DNA from: Acidobacteriota bacterium
Lineage (GTDB): Bacteria > Acidobacteriota > UBA6911 > RPQK01 > CBDBID01
Assembly (NCBI GenBank): GCA_965205565.1
Contig: CBDBID010000041.1
Location: 8,455-72,454 of the forward strand
Length of the DNA: 64,000 nt
Direction: 5' to 3'
Positions 60,733-64,000 of this stretch are shown one piece after another (the first letter of the stretch is position 1; each line of letters begins with the position of its first letter). The position numbers were made by a program, and so were the translations under genes. The notes under the pieces are model-generated. The model did no database searches. It saw only the letters and a program-made list of their open reading frames with translations, and was not told where the DNA came from.

Positions 60733-62368
60733 TCAGCTCACCGTGCGTGCCGTCTCGGGCCCGTCCGCGGCGGCCCAGGTGCAAAGAAAGACCAGGCGCA
60801 CGATGCGAGCCATCTTTTTATAATTGATTTTGTCGGCCGTGTCTTCCGGGGAATGGTAATCCGGGTGGAGTCCCGTGTGAAAGAAAAGACAGGGGACTCC
60901 CTGGATCAAAAAGGGCCAATGATCGCTTCGGCGCAACAGGTTCAGGGGATGATGGTCGTAACGAAAGCGGATGTCCAGGCCGATGGGCTGGTTCATCTTG
61001 GAGGCGAGACGACGTAGAGCCTGACTGCGGCTGTAGCCGAGAATATTGACCGAGTTGGCATTGTCCATGGCTTCTTGCTTTTTCCAAACCATGAAAACGT
61101 GCCTCGCTGGGGTCTGGGACCTCCTCATTGCGCCCGATCATGTCCATTTGAAACATGGCTACGGTTCGGTCCAGACGAACCAAGGGGTGGGCCACGTAAA
61201 AATAGGATCCAAGCAGACCCTGCTCTTCGCCGTTCCAGCCTACAAAAAGAAGGGAGCGTTTCGGTTTCTGCGGCGCCAGCGAGAAAGCCTCGGCGATTTC
61301 CAACACCCCGGCCACTCCGCTGGCGTCATCGTCGGCTCCGTTGAAGATTTTCCCTTCCTGAAATCCAACGTGATCGAAATGGGCTCCGACCACCACTACC
61401 TGCTTTCTCCATTCCGGATCGGAGCCCGGAAGATAGGCCAGCACGTTGCGAGATTGTGACTTTTCCCGGGTGAGGGAGGTTTCAATGGTGGCGTGGACCC
61501 CTGGGATGGGCAGGCTGGAGGGCTGATAGGTTGCCTCGATCTTCTCCCGCAGCTCTTGGAGATTCACCTGGGTATCGTTCAACAGAAGGGCCGCAGTCTT
61601 AGCGGACGCGTAGATGACGGGGATGCGGACCTGGTCGGCCCACGTCGCCAACTGGTGGCGGATGCGGTCGATGTCATCCGGCCAGACATGCCGGTAAAGC
61701 CTCGAAAACTCCTTCAACTCCGGATGGTTGTCTCCGTCTTGCACCAGGATGACACCGGCCGCTCCCCGTCTTTGCGCGTTTTGAATCTTGTTGCGAGTCA
61801 GACTGAGATCCGATCGAAGAATGCCCTTGAAGGGACTCTTCGGATTGTCTGCACCCGGTTCATGCATGAACATCAATGCGATCTTTTGGGCGACATTGAT
61901 CCCGGCATAGTCATCGTAGTCCAGATCGGGAGCTGTGAGTCCGTATCCGGCGAAGACGATCGACGCGGTGACACGGGCATTGGCGGAAAGGGGCGCGGGA
62001 AAGAAGTCCTCTCCCAGGACGACTGCCTGGGACGAGCCTGTTTGGACGATCTCGAATCGGTTTGGCTCGGAAAGTCCCGGTCGAATCAAGGAGAAGTACT
62101 GGAAGAAGGAGTCGACGCCCGGTGCAGGCTCCAAGCCCATCAACTCAAATCGGTGGGCCAGGTAGCGAGCTGTGATTTCATTGAAGGGCGTGCCCGTGTT
62201 TCTGCCCCTCATCTCATCGGAAGCCAGAAAGGAGATCTCCGAGCGCAGATCCGAAATTCTTATAGAGGCGGTGGCCTGCTGGGCAACTCGATCCGGACCG
62301 GCCGCCTGCAGTGCCCACACGGCCAAAGCGCAAATCAGGAGGAAGGCAAACAGGGGATGTCTGACCAT
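60733..62368 (-). CDS. M28-family zinc aminopeptidase with a PA domain; one apparent frameshift near 61100
   Basis: HFDHVG...NGADDDASGVAGVLEIAEAF in ORF 60818-62575. The C-terminal SDHWPF...GVPCLFFHTGLHPDYHSPEDT is in ORF 60733-61128. Confidence 0.8.
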
Positions 62369-62498
62369 GACTTTTCTGTGAGCTGTTTCATTGTACTGAA
62401 TTTTAAAGCTTTGACCAAAGCAGCCGATTGGAGGGACTGCCACGGCTGCGCTATAATCAAAGGCGAATCGAGACCAATTCTGCCAGGTGGGATGAGAG

Positions 62499-63368
62499 AT
62501 GGCGGCCAAGAAAGCACATCGAGACGCCGACGAATGGTCAGGGAAACCGGTGCGCGTAACCGACTTGAAGTCCAAGAAAGGGCGCGGGGAGAAGGTGGTG
62601 ATGGTAACCGCCTACGATGCCTCGATGGCGAGATGGGTCGACGCTGCTGGTGTAGATGTTATCCTGGTGGGAGACTCCTTGGGCATGGTGATTGAGGGGC
62701 ACGACACCACCCTCCCGGTCAAGCTGTCCGCCATCATCCACCACACGAGTGCCGTCTGCAGAGGTACCCGAAGAGCTCTGGTGGTGGCCGACATGCCTTT
62801 CTTGACCTACCAGGTCAGTGTCCCATCGGCCCTACGAAATGCAGGGCGCCTACTCCAGGAGGGGAGGGCGGCGGCTGTCAAGATCGAGAGTGGGTTTCCG
62901 GTCCTGGAAGTCACCCGCCGGCTGGTCGAGTCGGGTATTCCCGTCATGGGACACCTGGGCCTGACTCCTCAGTCGGTCCACCAGGGTGGAGGTTTCCGTT
63001 CCCCCATTCGAACCTGGGGACAGGCTCAACAGCTGGAAGAAGAGGCGCTGGCGCTGGAGGCGGCCGGAATCTTCGCCTTGGTTTTGGAGTCGGTGCCGGC
63101 TGAAGTGGCCGAAACCGTCACTGGCCAGCTGTCCATTCCGACCATTGGCATCGGAGCCGGTCCTCACTGTGATGGGCAGGTCCTGGTCAGCTACGACCTG
63201 CTGGGCTTGTATGACGGGTTCGTTCCTCCATTCGTCAAGCGATACGCCCGTTTGGGTGAAGAGATTCTCGAGGCGGTGAAGACCTATGCCGAAGAGGTGC
63301 GTTCGGGCCAGTTTCCCTCCCAGATCCAGACTGTCTATCATCTGTCCGAAAAACAAAAGTCCCGATGA
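62499..63368 (+). CDS. panB: 3-methyl-2-oxobutanoate hydroxymethyltransferase
   Basis: MVTAYDA...ILVGDSLGMV...KIE.G. Confidence 0.93.
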   Translation: MAAKKAHRDADEWSGKPVRVTDLKSKKGRGEKVVMVTAYDASMARWVDAAGVDVILVGDSLGMVIEGHDTTLPVKLSAIIHHTSAVCRGTRRALVVADMPFLTYQVSVPSALRNAGRLLQEGRAAAVKIESGFPVLEVTRRLVESGIPVMGHLGLTPQSVHQGGGFRSPIRTWGQAQQLEEEALALEAAGIFALVLESVPAEVAETVTGQLSIPTIGIGAGPHCDGQVLVSYDLLGLYDGFVPPFVKRYARLGEEILEAVKTYAEEVRSGQFPSQIQTVYHLSEKQKSR

Positions 63369-64000
63369 GCGTCCGGCTGATCCGAACCATTCGGGAACTC
63401 CACCGGGAACTCGAATCTCTTCGCCGGTCGAGCCGATCTCTGGGTCTGGTCCCCACCATGGGAGCACTGCACGCCGGACACGGTGCCCTGATCGACGGGG
63501 CCCGGCGGGAGTGCGATGCGGTGGTGGTCAGCGTCTTTGTCAATCCCCTCCAGTTCGGGCCCCAGGAGGACTACGAAAAGTACCCGCGCGATCTGGAATG
63601 CGACCTGCAGTTTTGCCGTTGCAGAGGGGCCGACTGGGTGTTCGTTCCCAGCAAGCAGGAGGTCTACGGGGATCGGCAACGAATTTTTGTCGAGGTGACT
63701 CCCATCGGTGACCATCTGTGCGGCCGCTTCCGGCCCGGACATTTCCGGGGGGTGGCCACGGCGGTGCTCAAGCTCCTCAACATTGTGCAACCCAACCGGG
63801 CCTATTTCGGGGAAAAGGACTTCCAGCAGCTCGTGGTCATCAGCCGAATGGTCGCGGATTTCAGTCTCCCTGTACAGATCGTCGGTGTGCCCACGGTGAG
63901 AGAAGCGGATGGCCTGGCTGTCAGCTCGCGCAATCAGTTTCTCGATCCTGATCAGAGAAAGTCGGCAGCCTCCCTGTACCGAGCCCTCCAGGCGGCTCAA
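63365..64000 (+). CDS. panC: Pantoate--beta-alanine ligase, 5' partial (runs off the window)
   Basis: MSVRLIRTIRELHRELESLRRS...LVPTMGALHAGH...VSVFVNPLQFGP. The ATG overlaps the panB TGA. Confidence 0.9.
   Translation, partial: MSVRLIRTIRELHRELESLRRSSRSLGLVPTMGALHAGHGALIDGARRECDAVVVSVFVNPLQFGPQEDYEKYPRDLECDLQFCRCRGADWVFVPSKQEVYGDRQRIFVEVTPIGDHLCGRFRPGHFRGVATAVLKLLNIVQPNRAYFGEKDFQQLVVISRMVADFSLPVQIVGVPTVREADGLAVSSRNQFLDPDQRKSAASLYRALQAAQ

Noticed and set aside
63338-64000. 220-aa minus-strand ORF
   Set aside because: It is antisense to panC, whose plus-strand frame shows canonical pantoate ligase motifs.

Overview
This is a GC-rich bacterial chromosomal segment. I could not assign a phylum from the sequence alone.

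Layout from left to right:
- rpoB and rpoC (112-8761). RpoB carries an unusual four-Cys-pair, zinc-ribbon-like insertion.
- An eroded type IV pilus-like module (8858-11602): a pilin, a sigma54-type promoter, a frameshifted NtrC-family regulator gene, and a multiply disrupted PilB/GspE-type ATPase gene.
- A UbiA prenyltransferase, a giant FG-GAP repeat protein, an HpcH aldolase, a creatininase-fold protein and an SSF transporter.
- A membrane-anchored rhodanese, a SYLF/Ysc84 protein, a type III PKS with a secreted coiled-coil partner, argS, larC, metG, tatD, a polyprenyl synthase, PBP1A, a lipoprotein and cinA.
- A CpxP/Spy-like LTXXQ protein and an OmpR-type regulator with a histidine kinase that appears split by an IS5-like element flanked by ~95-bp direct repeats.
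- A lone tRNA-Ile(GAU), then two secreted-protein genes that carry G10 and C8 tracts.
- An operon of a small membrane protein, a two-domain methyltransferase and an LtaS/EptA-like enzyme.
- A YerC/TrpR-like gene and the histidine operon hisGDCBHAF-IE.
- An ABC ATPase, tpx, a YyaL-like thioredoxin-domain gene, an M28 peptidase, panB and panC.

A ~190-bp MITE-like element with 20-bp terminal inverted repeats occurs at least three times. One copy sits exactly between the hisH stop codon and the hisA start codon.

Many genes carry single-base frameshifts, several of them at G/C runs. The affected genes are metG, the PKS, the FG-GAP protein, yyaL, the M28 peptidase, the LtaS-like gene, the bicupin, the lipoprotein and the pilus genes. 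Because the essential gene metG is hit about four times, sequencing or assembly indel error is a strong alternative to biological pseudogenisation. I flag this wherever it matters. Coordinates derived by hand counting may be off by a few bases.
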